This document shows, piece by piece, positions 1 to 11,538 of a DNA stretch of 64,000 nt; the first letter of the stretch is position 1, and every line of letters starts with the position of its first letter. The DNA lies in contig OX597815.1 of assembly GCA_951406725.2 (NCBI GenBank), forward strand, positions 17,050,001-17,114,000. The letters run 5' to 3'. The notes under the pieces are model-generated. The model was given only the letters and a program-made list of their open reading frames with translations, was not told the DNA's origin and did no database searches. Source of the DNA: Octopus vulgaris. Lineage: Eukaryota. A program made the translations under genes and the position numbers.

Positions 1-128
1 CAATAACCTAGATGGAACTCGGTTTGGCAATTAGAAATGAAGGTTTAAAGTATTATAAGGATTCTAGAGAATATTTAATATTCAGTTGAAATTCATAAAA
101 TAATTAATTACTCCGTAGTAGTGGTGAA

Positions 129-465
129 GGCACATGGCTCAGTGGTTAGAGCGTCGGGCTACAATCATGAGATAGTCAGTTCAATTACCAGTGCGGATTG
201 TGTGTTGTGGTCTTGAGCAAGACACTTTATTTCACGTTGCTCCAGTTAACTCATCTGTAGAAATAAGTTGCGACGTCACTGGTGCCAAGCTGTATCGGCC
301 TTTCCCTTGGATAGCATCAGTAGTATTGAGAGGGGAGGCTGGTATGCATGGGCGACTGCTGGTCTTCTATACACAACCTTGCCTGGACTTTTGCCTCGGA
401 GGAGACCTTCTAGGTGCAATCCCATGGTCATTCATGACCGAAAGGAGTCTTTATCCTTTTACCAC
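129..465 (+). mobile_element. tRNA-derived CORE-type SINE (family E)
   Basis: A-box TGGCTCAGTGG at 135, B-box-like AGTTCAATTAC near 178, then CORE-like GTCTTGAGCAAGACACTT; the same body recurs at ~40960-41080 (-) and ~44325-44420 (+). Confidence 0.7.
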
Positions 466-1145
466 ATAGCGAATGCTCTAAACTACCTAATGATACCATG
501 TTAAAGAAGATGGTGTTAAAGACGTTTGATGGAACAAAATCAGAAAATTGTGCATAGTTCATTATAGACAAATATTAAATTTTTAAATATTTACCAAAAT
601 ATTGCTACAACATGTATTTTTAAATATATGTGTGACGCGTTTTCTTGCCTTTAAAACTGCTTTAAAATACCAAAATGGTAAAAAGGTAAAGAGAGGATAA
701 AACGAAAAGAAAAATATCGAAGTTAACCTTTTATTATAAAGGAATCAACATTGAAGGATTCTAATGTCTTTTGACTGGTTCTATAACAGAGAAATCATCT
801 CGGAACATCGTTTCCGATTATTGAGAATCTGATGCTGATCTAGCCACAGTGTAAAGACGTCTGCAAAATTCTTCAACCGAAAAATTGTGACAAATATGAT
901 ATGATGTCTCGTTCATATATTTATATCCATTATCACTGCCATTTTGGATTAAAATCACGAGTGATTGGTTCACTACATTTCCGCCTTCAGGATATTTTGG
1001 TATCTTATAAGTTTTAAGCTTTAACCAGCTGCCATATCATCATTGTACTTCGTTCGCTTTTGTATTATCAGAAAATTTTTCCATTTTACTGTTATTTGCG
1101 CTTGAGTTCCGGGAAGACATAAGTAGCTTCATACAACTGTTCATC

Positions 1146-1149
<4 letters not shown>

Positions 1150-1238
<89 letters not shown>

Positions 1239-1248
1239 GCACACATAT

Positions 1249-1291
<43 letters not shown>

Positions 1292-1335
1292 ATACACACA
1301 CACATGTATGTGTATATATACAGCCATATATACAT
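1150..1335. repeat. (TA)n/(CA)n compound microsatellite
   Basis: Direct reading. Confidence 0.95.
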
Positions 1336-1458
1336 ACAAACATGAACGTATATTCTTGTTTAATTTTCAAATTTTCTCACTGAATAAAGCGTGTAGATTT
1401 TCAACTCGGAAGCAAGACACATTCATTGGAATTTAGCTAAAATCAGTTCGGTACTCCC

Positions 1459-1787
1459 GTATGTATGTATGTATGTATGTATGTATGTATGTATGTATGT
1501 ATGTATGTATGTATGTATGTATGTATGTATGTATGTATGTATGTATGCATGCATGCATGCATGTATGTATGTATGCATGCATGCATGCATGCATGTATGT
1601 ATGTATATACGTATGTATGTATGTATGCATGTATGTATGTATGTACGCATGCATGCATGTATGTATGTATGCATGCATGTATGTATGTATATATGTATAT
1701 ACGTATGTATGTATGCATGTATGTATGTATGCATGTATGTATGTATGTATGTATGTATGGATGGATGGATGCATCCATGCATGTATG

Positions 1788-1821
<34 letters not shown>

Positions 1822-1872
1822 TATATGTAGGCATGCATGTATGTATGTAGATAGGTAGGTATGTACGTACGT
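1459..1872. repeat. (TATG)n microsatellite with CATG variants
   Basis: Direct reading. Confidence 0.95.
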
Positions 1873-1880
1873 ACTTAGTT

Positions 1881-1975
1881 ATTCAGTTTTATTTCTAGAT
1901 TTCTTGCCAACAGTAAAAGAGCCTGTTTCTAATCTAGATCCAAGGGTCCTTCATTGAAATTTCAACAACCTCAAA
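1881..1975 (-). mobile_element. Short 3' end of an R4/Dong-like LINE
   Basis: Homologous to 43751-43848 and, in reverse complement, similar to the 3' UTR at 6720-6820 of the RLE-encoding LINE remnant. Confidence 0.5.
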
Positions 1976-2591
1976 AGGGTATGTGCGCATATTTGTGCGT
2001 ATATGTGCTATATTTGGATTCAGTGCATGCGCAGATTTGTATGATTTGTTTAATATATGCCTATAGTTGCCCACATGAATTCTGGTATGTTCTCCCTATT
2101 ATCCCAGTTGTTTACAGATTTCGCATTTGCAGCTTCCTAATCAACCATCACTTCTCTGTTTTTGTGGAATCCATCTTCTCAAGATTGATGCTGAGGCAGT
2201 TAACTATATGACCAAGTTTTTCTATAATTACAGGTAGTCCAGATAAATTATCTATAGATTTTTCATTAGTTCGGCATAGATGTTTTCATTTTTCTTTTAT
2301 CTTTAACAATGTGTTAATGTCTGCTCGACAACAGATTTTCACAACTGTGCGTAATTTCTTTTCTCTGTCCCTGATCATTGTCTGTGGTCTGCCATGATTA
2401 CCTGATTATATTTTTGTATATCTAAGCGTGTATAGGAATGCATGTATGTTTTTCTGTATGTATGCAAGTTCCTCTGTATGTTCGTATACATGAGCGTTTG
2501 TGTGTTTATATTCATATGTAGACAAGTTATGCATGTACCTATGTATGCATGTACGCATCTATCTATATATAAATGTGTTATATGTATGTAC

Positions 2592-2650
<59 letters not shown>

Positions 2651-2652
<2 letters not shown>

Positions 2653-2852
2653 GTCACCATGATAGATCGTTAGCCACTACACATTTTTTTCTCCTTGTTT
2701 TTCTCCTTGTTTTATTTTCTGTGTCCCTTTCTGTAGAAGAGCGTAGGCTCGAAACGTAAAAGACTTTTTCTATTCCTGAGCGTTATACTAATACATATGT
2801 TTGTTTTATACACCACCTGTCTTCGTCTTTTGTTTTTTTCGCAAACTCTCCC
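2651..2852 (+). mobile_element. Penelope-like terminal-repeat fragment with degenerate minimal hammerhead motif
   Basis: CTTT-CTGTAGA-A-GAGC gtag GCTC-GAAAC-GTA-AAAG at 2727-2762 has type I hammerhead topology (A6 replaced by T); fragment flanked by TA repeats. Confidence 0.55.
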
Positions 2853-4112
2853 TATATATGTATGTATGTATCTGTGTGTGTATACATAGGCGAAAGAGCG
2901 AGTGAGAAAGAGAAATAGAAAGAGATAGAGGGCGAGGGGAGAAGGAGGAAGAAAGAGTGAGCGAGAGAGAAAAAGATCTGTACAATACAAATTGCGTTCA
3001 TAATACTTGAAATTACATAAGCTAGAAATTTTAGTGTTTATGTTGTAAGCAAACAAAATTTACCCACTTCTCTATACATTTTTGTCCAAACGTGTCCTCA
3101 CGCATTCATTATTGTGCGTGTATGCTTCTAAATATCCAGGTTTCTTTTATATGTTTCTCAGCGTCGAAGTCCCGCATGTATGTACACTACCGTCAGAAAT
3201 TAATTATCACCCTTGATTTGCTCTTCACTCAAGGTATGTGCTGTCACCTAGTGGCCATATCTCGAACTATTGCTTTGTTGCGAGTTCACTGTTGCGCAGA
3301 ACGATGACGTAACTTTGTTTGCAGAGCAGTTTGAGAGTCTACAGCCTTATGATGTTGACATAGCAGTGCAACAACAACTTGGAGTGCGGATGCAGACAAA
3401 TCTTCCTTTGTTTAATAGATATAGGTAGCGCCTCGCAAGGACCGAAATCACCATACTAAGTTTTCTCATCGCGTAAGACGTTTTGAACAGCTCATAAGGT
3501 TAATTGATTTAACCTATTTAATGTAGAAATTTGAGAAGTGCTAATTAATTTCTGACGCAAGTGTATGTGTATATCTTTCTCCCTCGCGCACATTATTTTC
3601 TAAATATCAGTTATAGAGCAATTGCGAGAAGTTTCGTCTATGTGTTGTTAGAAGGACGAAACTTCTTACATTTTGAGGTTTCTAGGCACTAGAAATGCAC
3701 TGAATTATCCCAGCCAAATGCTTTTGCGCTAAAAGTACATGAATTGAAGCATTTTATTTCTAGTATGTAGTTTTCTGTTTTTTAGTGATACTCGGGAGCA
3801 TCCATGCTGACGAAGAGAATTTGAACTTTAGTATCAGAACGATAAATGCTTTCCATTATTAGATTCTGGTATTCTTGATGTCCTTACTGTTCTTTCTAAT
3901 GTCCTTTCTACATAACTGTTTATTCTGTTCTTCTATTTCTGTTTTCTCTCAATGTTTATTTTAAATTCTTAATTTGTTCCTCAGATCTAGGCTTTCCCTT
4001 GATAACATATCGTTTTCATCACGATTTTCCAGTACCCTTCGGCTGTTTTCACGAGAATTTTTACTTAGTTGTTATTTAAAGCGTCCATGTTATTAGTGTT
4101 TATTGTTTAGTT

Positions 4113-4682
4113 ACATACATACATACATGCATACATACATACATACATACATACATACATACATACATACATACATACAAACATACATACATACATACAT
4201 ACATACATACATACATACATACATACATACATACATACATACATACATACATACATACATACATACATACATACATACATACATGCATACATACATACAT
4301 ACATACATACATACATACATACATGCATACATACATGCATACATACATACATACATACATACATACATGCATACATACATACATACATACATACATACAT
4401 ACATACATACATACATACATACATACATACATACATACATGCATGCATACATACATACATACATACATACATACATACAAACATACATGCATACATACAT
4501 ACATACATACATACATACATACATACATACATGCATGCATACATACATACATACATACATACATACATACAAACATACATACATACATACATGCATACAT
4601 ACATACATACATACATACATACATACATGCATACATGCATACATGCATACATACATACATACATACATACATACATACATAC
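4113..4682. repeat. (CATA)n microsatellite
   Basis: Direct reading, ~570 bp. Confidence 0.97.
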
Positions 4683-4684
4683 AA

Positions 4685-5100
4685 ACCTTAAATCTGCTAC
4701 ACTCTATATAAATTCCCCACTGAGAATGACCAACTTTAAGAGAATCTTACATTAGTTATAATCTCTAAATCTGGATGGACTCATATTAAACTCTGTTGAA
4801 CTTTTGGATATTACTCAAAGGATATCGGAATATTACACATATATACCATTATGCCTATAAAACGGATTTACGAATTCAATACCCATACATATCTTACATC
4901 TATTTTCTTTCCTCCACCTCACTCCCTATTTGTATCACATCGAAACTAACTATGACTTAACTTTTCCTCTCACACCGTCTCCAATGAAGAGATATTATTA
5001 ATTGATATCCTAGAAACAGCTGTAAGACCTTCTATCTATAAATGCTCTAATATCTATATAGCCTTGGCTTTTTATCTCACTACGCAAAAAATTCATATAT
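4685..5100 (+). mobile_element. Penelope-like 3' fragment with degenerate hammerhead motif
   Basis: GTCT-CCAATGA-[GATAT..ATATC stem]-GAAAC-AGCT-GTA-AGAC at 4977-5028: stem I GTCT/AGAC, palindromic stem III ACAGCTGT, decayed core. Confidence 0.5.
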
Positions 5101-5116
5101 ACATACATACATAATG

Positions 5117-5885
5117 TGATGATGGCCGTTCACTCGTGACCGAGGAAAACCATTACTGACTTTGCGCTGAAGACTACATTATACTTTACACTTGCGGCTC
5201 CGTTGGTGACTAACGAATGCTGCTCTTGACAAACATACACGACTTCAAGCATTGCAGACCAAGCTTTCCTCATTCGTTACACTAGCAATGCGTTTCCGTT
5301 TTCGAGCAGTACGCTTAAATTCATCATTTCATCACATTACACTTTAGCATTCCACTAACGTGTTCCCCATATAGCATCTGTTTAGGGATCCTGCTATCAT
5401 TCATTCTACCAAGGTGTCCAGTTCAACATAACCGGTGTTTGTGCACCATCGCATCAATACTCAGGACATTCGGTTTCCTCTGCACCTATGTAGCTGGAGT
5501 TTTTAAGGTCCATGCAAAATTCAGAATGCGTCTTAGACATCTCTGATGGAAGGGTTCAAGGACCTTTACATGACGTTTGTAAAGGGTCCATGTCTTACAT
5601 GAGCAAATGTCAGTACACATGCACGGAACATAGCAATTTTTGTTCACCTTGTTCACCATGTTGGAACCAGACACGAGACTCAAGAGATTCAAAGAAATCA
5701 GTTGTTCATTGCAGCCTGAAAGATATTTCATCAACACCTAGGGAGATGTATAGAGTGTAGCAGACAAACATATGGGTTTCCTGGTGCAGGCTGGAACATT
5801 ACAACAGTCTTGTCCAGGCTAATGCTGAGTCCAAATGCCTTGCAAGAGGCAGAAATATAATTCACAAGTATTTGCATATCATCCG
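5117..5885 (-). pseudogene. Decayed RTE-clade LINE, C-terminal part of RT ORF and 3' end
   Basis: ORF 5486-5737 reads CKTWTLYKRHVKVLEPFHQRCLRRIL, matching the GCETWTL...LEXFHQRCLRRIL post-RT motif of RTE elements; frameshifted. Confidence 0.75.
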
Positions 5886-5909
5886 TTGTATGAGTGACTA
5901 AGTCAGAGT

Positions 5910-6820
5910 CAACTACATAAAGGAGGTCACGAATAAGAGACTGGAAAACTTTTGAATGAATCGGCAGTTACCTCAGAGAAGACCTGGATGGAAAGTACTC
6001 AGCATACAAAAATCCCCCCCCCAAAAAAGACTTTGCATGAGTATGTTGCCCGGAAACTTCAAGAAGACAGTAGAGTTGACACGAAGCGCAGCTTCTCTTG
6101 GACACAAGACCACTACATCACAATATACTTTGAGGGGTATGTATTTGCAATCCAGGAACAACAGATTACCACAAAGTACCTGGTGAACAAGAGAGACAGT
6201 GACGCTCTTGTAATCCTAAGGTGGAACACATCATGCATGTGATTAGCAGCTGCCCTAAATTGTAATCACGGTACTACCTTCCTATGCGGCACGATTTTAT
6301 TGCTAAAGCAATTTACAATGCCATCTTCAAAAAAGACTGTCCTGAAATAAACTTAGAAAATCCCTCTGTTAAGGAATACATTCATAAACATCAACTCAAA
6401 TCTTCTGTCAAATGTAAACATAAAAGGCCAGATATTGTTTGGGATAGAGGGGCAGAGGTATATACCATCATAGAGGTCAGCTGCCCTGCAGATATAGATA
6501 TCTTTGAAAATTAAAGAATAAGAGGATATCTATGGACAACTGCTTCGAAACCTCCAAATTTTATATCCAAACTATAAATTCATATTCATATCAATCATAA
6601 TTGGAGCATTAGGTTTTGTTAATAAATGTTTAAAGGAGAATCTGGATAAACTGGGATTTTCAGTACAATCTGTGAGTGGAACAGTAAAAATATGCAAGAC
6701 TTTTTTCAAGTTCTAAATGTGAATTTGTCTGTGTTAACTACATCTCAAAGATGAAGCCTTGTATCTTTGTTGGAAACCAGCTCCCTCCTCAGTGGAAGAT
6801 TTATATAATTAAAAAAATAG
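5910..6820 (+). pseudogene. Decayed R4/Dong-like non-LTR retrotransposon 3' part (restriction-like endonuclease domain and 3' UTR)
   Basis: Across frameshifts: EGYVFAIQEQ, HVISSCP, RHD, RPDIV..IIEVSCP, KEDIY and IIIGALG, the zinc-knuckle/RHD/PD-(D/E) signature of RLE elements. Confidence 0.8.
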
Positions 6821-6868
6821 AAGAGACATGCATGCATACATACATACATACATACATACATACATACA

Positions 6869-6899
<31 letters not shown>

Positions 6900-7939
6900 G
6901 CATACGCAGACGTGTGTGATATATTTAAGATATATATGATAGTTTCTTAAAATATGTTTGTTGCTGCTGTTGTTTAACTCCAGGAAGTTCTGATAGAACA
7001 TATTTACGATCAAAATATTCCAGGTTTGAAAAAGCTCATTTTACCCCCTAAGTGCAGGTAGCCCAAAACATTTTCCAAAATGTTATTTTCTAAGACGTTA
7101 GGGTGACATTATATGCCGACCATGCAGTGATCTTGAGCATTTTACCTAATACTGCAAAAGTAAAAGAGGAGGAGCTCCCCAAGAAGATTTATTAATAAAT
7201 ATATTGATAAATATAAATTGGAAAATATTATCAAATACAGTAGCCATGACGTGAACGCCATAGGTATCTATCGTTATGACACTACAAAGTTACAGATTAA
7301 GGTGTCGATGTGGCGAATAAAAGCGCTAACAGTTGCCATAATATTATTCATGGAATTTATTATTCTATTATGAAATATATTATTCTATTAAATATATTTT
7401 TAATAGTTTAAAAAATTCTAAAATTTCATTATATCTTCTTTACTTTGGAAATATCGTAACTATATCAAGAACTATATTTCGTTTTAAGAATTTAAACGGT
7501 TAGAACAAGGCTAGAATGAGGTTACCAAAATTGTTAGCAGAACTGGATGTATTTATATTAGATTTTTGAGAAATTTAATGACTAAAAATTGAAACAAATT
7601 GCAGATACTGCAGAAATTCTAAATATGACGATTGTGATATCTATTGAAACGCATCGTTTAAATGTACAGGATATATTACAATAATAGATCGAAATTAATT
7701 TTGAAAACGAGGTATATAAGAGTGAAGATGTAGATTAAGTTAAATTAAAGGAAACAGAGTTCTGGATTGCATCTAAGAACGTTAGTTTTCAATCTAAGAA
7801 CGACGAAAATCTGACGTGTACACACACACATATACACACATGCATACTTATATATATATATATATATATCTCTATATAAACGTCAGTTTGTCTGTGCGTG
7901 TTTCTGTGTGTCTTATGTATATATACACACATGCATACT

Positions 7940-7977
<38 letters not shown>

Positions 7978-8000
7978 TGCATACTTATATATATATATAT

Positions 8001-8232
8001 ATTTCTTTATTGCCCTCAAGGGGCTAAACACAGAGGAGACAAGCAAGGACAGACAGAAGGATTAAGTCGATTATATCGACCCCAGTGCGTAACTGGTACT
8101 TAATTTATCGACCCCGAAAGGATGAAAGGCAAAGTCGACCTCGGCGGAATTTGAACTCAGAACGTAACGACAGACGAAATACGGCTACGCTTTTCGCCCG
8201 GCGTGCTAACGTTTCTGCCAGCTCGCCGCCTT
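8001..8232 (-). mobile_element. tRNA-derived SINE family B, full length
   Basis: Reverse complement of the copy at 32217-32450 (GGCGGCGAGCTGGCAGAA head, GAGTTCAAATTCC B-box). Confidence 0.9.
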
Positions 8233-8266
<34 letters not shown>

Positions 8267-8550
8267 TGCATACTTATATATATATATATATACGCACACA
8301 TATATATGGATACTCTCAACTTTGCCATTACGTACACACACACATACAAAATGGCAAAGTTTGAGGGTAAGCTCTTTTTCTATTTAAATTCGTATAAAAA
8401 AAAAAAATGAGATCTGAAACAAATGAGGAAATAAAAATTAGAATAAACTTCTCACGTTTGAAATTCGCAGCAGAATAGAATTCAATCTTCTTTAATCCGA
8501 CAACTGAAATTTAAAAACAGGTTCGACAAATGTGGAATCACGATGTAAAA

Positions 8551-8867
8551 AGAAATAACTAAATGAACGAATGGAATGACTCCTAGATTTTTTTTAACTT
8601 ATGGTAAAAAGGAACGAATATCAAGCAGAATACTGGAATCGAAAATTTTTCATACCTATTATGGGAAATTGAAAACTAACAAGAAAATGTAGAAACAAAT
8701 GTACTCTTATAGAAGAAATCACTAAATGAACGAATGGAATGACTCCTAGATTTTTTTAAACTTATGGTAAAAAGGAACGAATATCAAGCAGAATACTGGA
8801 AGCTAAAATTTTTCATACCTATTATGGGAAATTGAAAACTAACGAGATAATGTAGAAACAAATGTAC
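8551..8867. repeat. Tandem duplication, ~163-bp unit, two near-identical copies
   Basis: ACTAAATGAACGAATGGAATGACTCCTAG starts at 8558 and again at 8721. Confidence 0.9.
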
Positions 8868-8967
8868 TTTTTAAAAATGCCCATCGTTGCAACAATAGAA
8901 GAAATAAGTTTTTCTTAACAAAATATTTCAAGATCCCGATGAAAAAAAAAAAAAAAAAAAGCAGCCT

Positions 8968-9125
8968 GGAGTGGCTGTGTGGTAAGTAGCTTGCTAACCA
9001 ACCACGTGGTTCCGGGTTCAGTCCCCTGCGTGGCATCTTGGGCAAGTGTCTTCTGCTATAGCCCCGGGCCGACCAATACCTTGTGAGTGGATTTGGTAGA
9101 CGGAAACTGAAAGAAGCCTGTCGTA

Positions 9126-9192
<67 letters not shown>

Positions 9193-9404
9193 ATGTGTTT
9201 GTCCCCCTAGCATTGCTTGACAACCGATGCTGGTGTGTTTACGTCCCCGTAACTTAGCGGTTCGGCAAAAAAGAACCGATAGAATAAGTACTGGGCTTAC
9301 AAAAGAATAAGTCCCGGGCTCGATTTGCTCGAGTAAAGGCTGTGCTCCAGCATGGCCGCAGTCAAATGACTGAAACAAGTAAAAAGAGTAAAAAGAGTAA
9401 AGAG
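8968..9404 (+). mobile_element. tRNA-derived SINE family A with internal (TA)n(TG)n tract
   Basis: GTGGCTGTGTGG A-box, GGGTTCAGTCCC B-box, CORE-like CTTGGGCAAGTG, GTAAAAGA-repeat tail; nine near full-length copies in the window. Confidence 0.92.
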
Positions 9405-9629
9405 CCTGTGGAGAAAGGCAGCAAAAATCCATAGGCAGACATCGTCAAGAAGCAGGTAGGGAGTCAATAAATCGTACAAGGGAAATCTGAATTACAACCA
9501 AAGACAATTCTTCCGTAAACCATCTCCGAACAATACACAATGAAGGAACAAGGCCTAAAGAGACCAACAAGCTAGATATGGTGTGATGAAACTATTCGAA
9601 ATAAACCAGTAAATTAAGGAAGATAATAT

Positions 9630-9813
9630 ATTCTTTTCTACTCTAGGCACAAGGCCCGAAATTTGGGGGAGGGGGGCTTGTCGATTAGATCGACCCACTA
9701 TGCAACTGGTACTTAATTTATCGACTCTGAAAGGAGTAAAGGTAAGGTCGACCTCGGCGGAATTTGAACTCAGAACGTATCGGCGGAATTTGAACCCAGA
9801 ACGTAAGGGACGA
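9630..9813 (-). mobile_element. SINE family B variant, 5' truncated, with internal ~26-bp duplication
   Basis: CGGCGGAATTTGAAC(T/C)CAGAACGTA occurs twice in tandem; body matches family B. Confidence 0.8.
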
Positions 9814-10238
9814 TAATATATTAGCAATACTAGACACATCAACAAGTGGAAACCAGTGCAATGGCAGAGCATCTGTTATGTTTACAGAACATGGGAGCTC
9901 GAGTCCCACAGGCAGTCTTCGACTTTTTCTGTCCAAAGGGGTTTAAACCCAATATTTAGATGATGCTATTTATAGCTTTATATTAGCTTTATCTACTTCG
10001 AGTTGAACTGTTAAAAACGAATCATGTATGTATGTATGATAGGATGAATGGCTGCATGAATGAATGAATGAATGAATGGATGCATGCATTGATGTATGAT
10101 AGGGCCGTCGGCAACTGAACCGGCAATCTTATAAAGCCTGCTTGCTAAGAAGGGTAACTTTCGTTGTACATCTATGGTGGAAAGCAAAATCTGTCAAAGG
10201 GCTGATGAACTCAGTAGAGTCAACAACCATCCAACATC

Positions 10239-10242
<4 letters not shown>

Positions 10243-10331
<89 letters not shown>
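10243..10331. repeat. (GA)n microsatellite
   Basis: Direct reading. Confidence 0.97.
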
Positions 10332-10333
<2 letters not shown>

Positions 10334-10379
10334 TCCCTAGTTTTTGTTTAGACATCTTTCTAGGAGAAGAAAACACGTG

Positions 10380-11240
10380 TGATTACATCCAATGATGTGG
10401 ACTAGTTCTCTATTTTGGGTAAATGCTTACCTTGTTTAGAGAGTGGGATTTGCCCTTGCTTTATGCAAAGCTTTCTCCCACTTTAAAACGCCTCATCAAC
10501 TGGCACCGCTTAACTTTTAACATTTCTATTATATGTTGCATACTCTGGTTGGCAACACACTGTATTGTGTTCAAGTAATTTGAAGGCAAGTAACGAAGCA
10601 GTTCGTAATTTGAAGGCAAGTAACGAAGCATTTCACTTATTAATTGTAGATCGTATTTGTGGTGGGCGGCCGGTTTCCTTGTGGGTGTTTCTTGGTTGTA
10701 GCTCCCACACAACTTGAAGAATCTAGTTAGTTGGTAATTCGTGAATTCATTCTAACTTGGCGTTTGGTGATTGTATCCAACTGTCCAATCTTTTCCTGAG
10801 TCCTTTGATGTTATATTGGAGGGAGGTAATCCCTTTTGGCTCAATGTCATTACTCGGATCTGTCGCTTTTGCTTCCATCTGTTGGCGTACAGTTTCCGCT
10901 GCACAATGTCACACAAAATGTATTGACCAAAAGCTGGGAGTTTGAATGTGAGCGGATCGTTCTCGCAATTTCGTCGATCTCATCAAACATCCAGATGGTG
11001 GGGTTGTTCCCCAACTCGTGTTGGAGTTGTTCTTTCATGCAATGACTTACGTATTTAAACAACGAAGTCCTACTTAAATCCCAATATATGCTGTGGGTTT
11101 TAGTTTTCCACATTCTTCACTTGTTTTTGCGAGATCATAAACAGTTGTTGTGTGCTCATATAATGACCGCGATTTTTTCATTATTGTACTGTTTGTCTTG
11201 CTTGTGTTTCTTGCCGTTTACAGTCTTCTCACAGAAAAAC
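10380..11240 (-). pseudogene. Possible decayed N-terminal region of a non-LTR retrotransposon
   Basis: Broken basic/helical ORFs (NIKGLRK.., MLKVKRCQLMRRFK) loosely resembling the pre-RT region of R4/Dong; includes a 30-bp tandem duplication at 10575-10630. No catalytic motif seen. Confidence 0.25.
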
Positions 11241-11367
11241 GTTACGGAGTTTATATGTAAGCATGTATTGAGATCGTGTGCTGGAACGAAAACTATATAT
11301 ATATAACGGCGGTGCATCAGCATGGCCACAGCTCTGAGCTTAAACTAGAGAAAAAAAATATATATAT

Positions 11368-11538
11368 TTGCTCGCGATAGCAGAGGGCGCACACTCCCCT
11401 GCCCTGATGTAAACTCCAGGGATACAGGCATCCAGCAACAGGACCTCCGTAATACTATGATTGGATCGTGAAGTCTGGCGTAACATAGTAAATTCCATTG
11501 TCTCGACCACGGTCGAACAATGATGAATGATGATGATG
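11368..11538 (+). mobile_element. 3' end of an RTE-clade LINE
   Basis: Translates RGRTLPCPDVNSRDTGIQQQDLRNTM..REVWRNIV (typical RTE C-terminus, one frameshift), followed by a (TGA)n tail. Confidence 0.7.

Noticed and set aside
129-200. tRNA-like heads here and at 38700-38774 and in SINE families A and B
   Set aside because: They continue into SINE bodies and lack a complete cloverleaf, so they are not tRNA genes.
3324-3423. Possible coding exon (acceptor TTTGCAG, open frame QFESLQPYDVDIAV..)
   Set aside because: Weak donor, no recognisable homology, and short open frames are expected by chance.
8839-9432. Recurring peptide [26 protein letters not shown] in several ORFs
   Set aside because: Antisense translation of SINE family A; recurrence reflects repeat copies, not a gene family.
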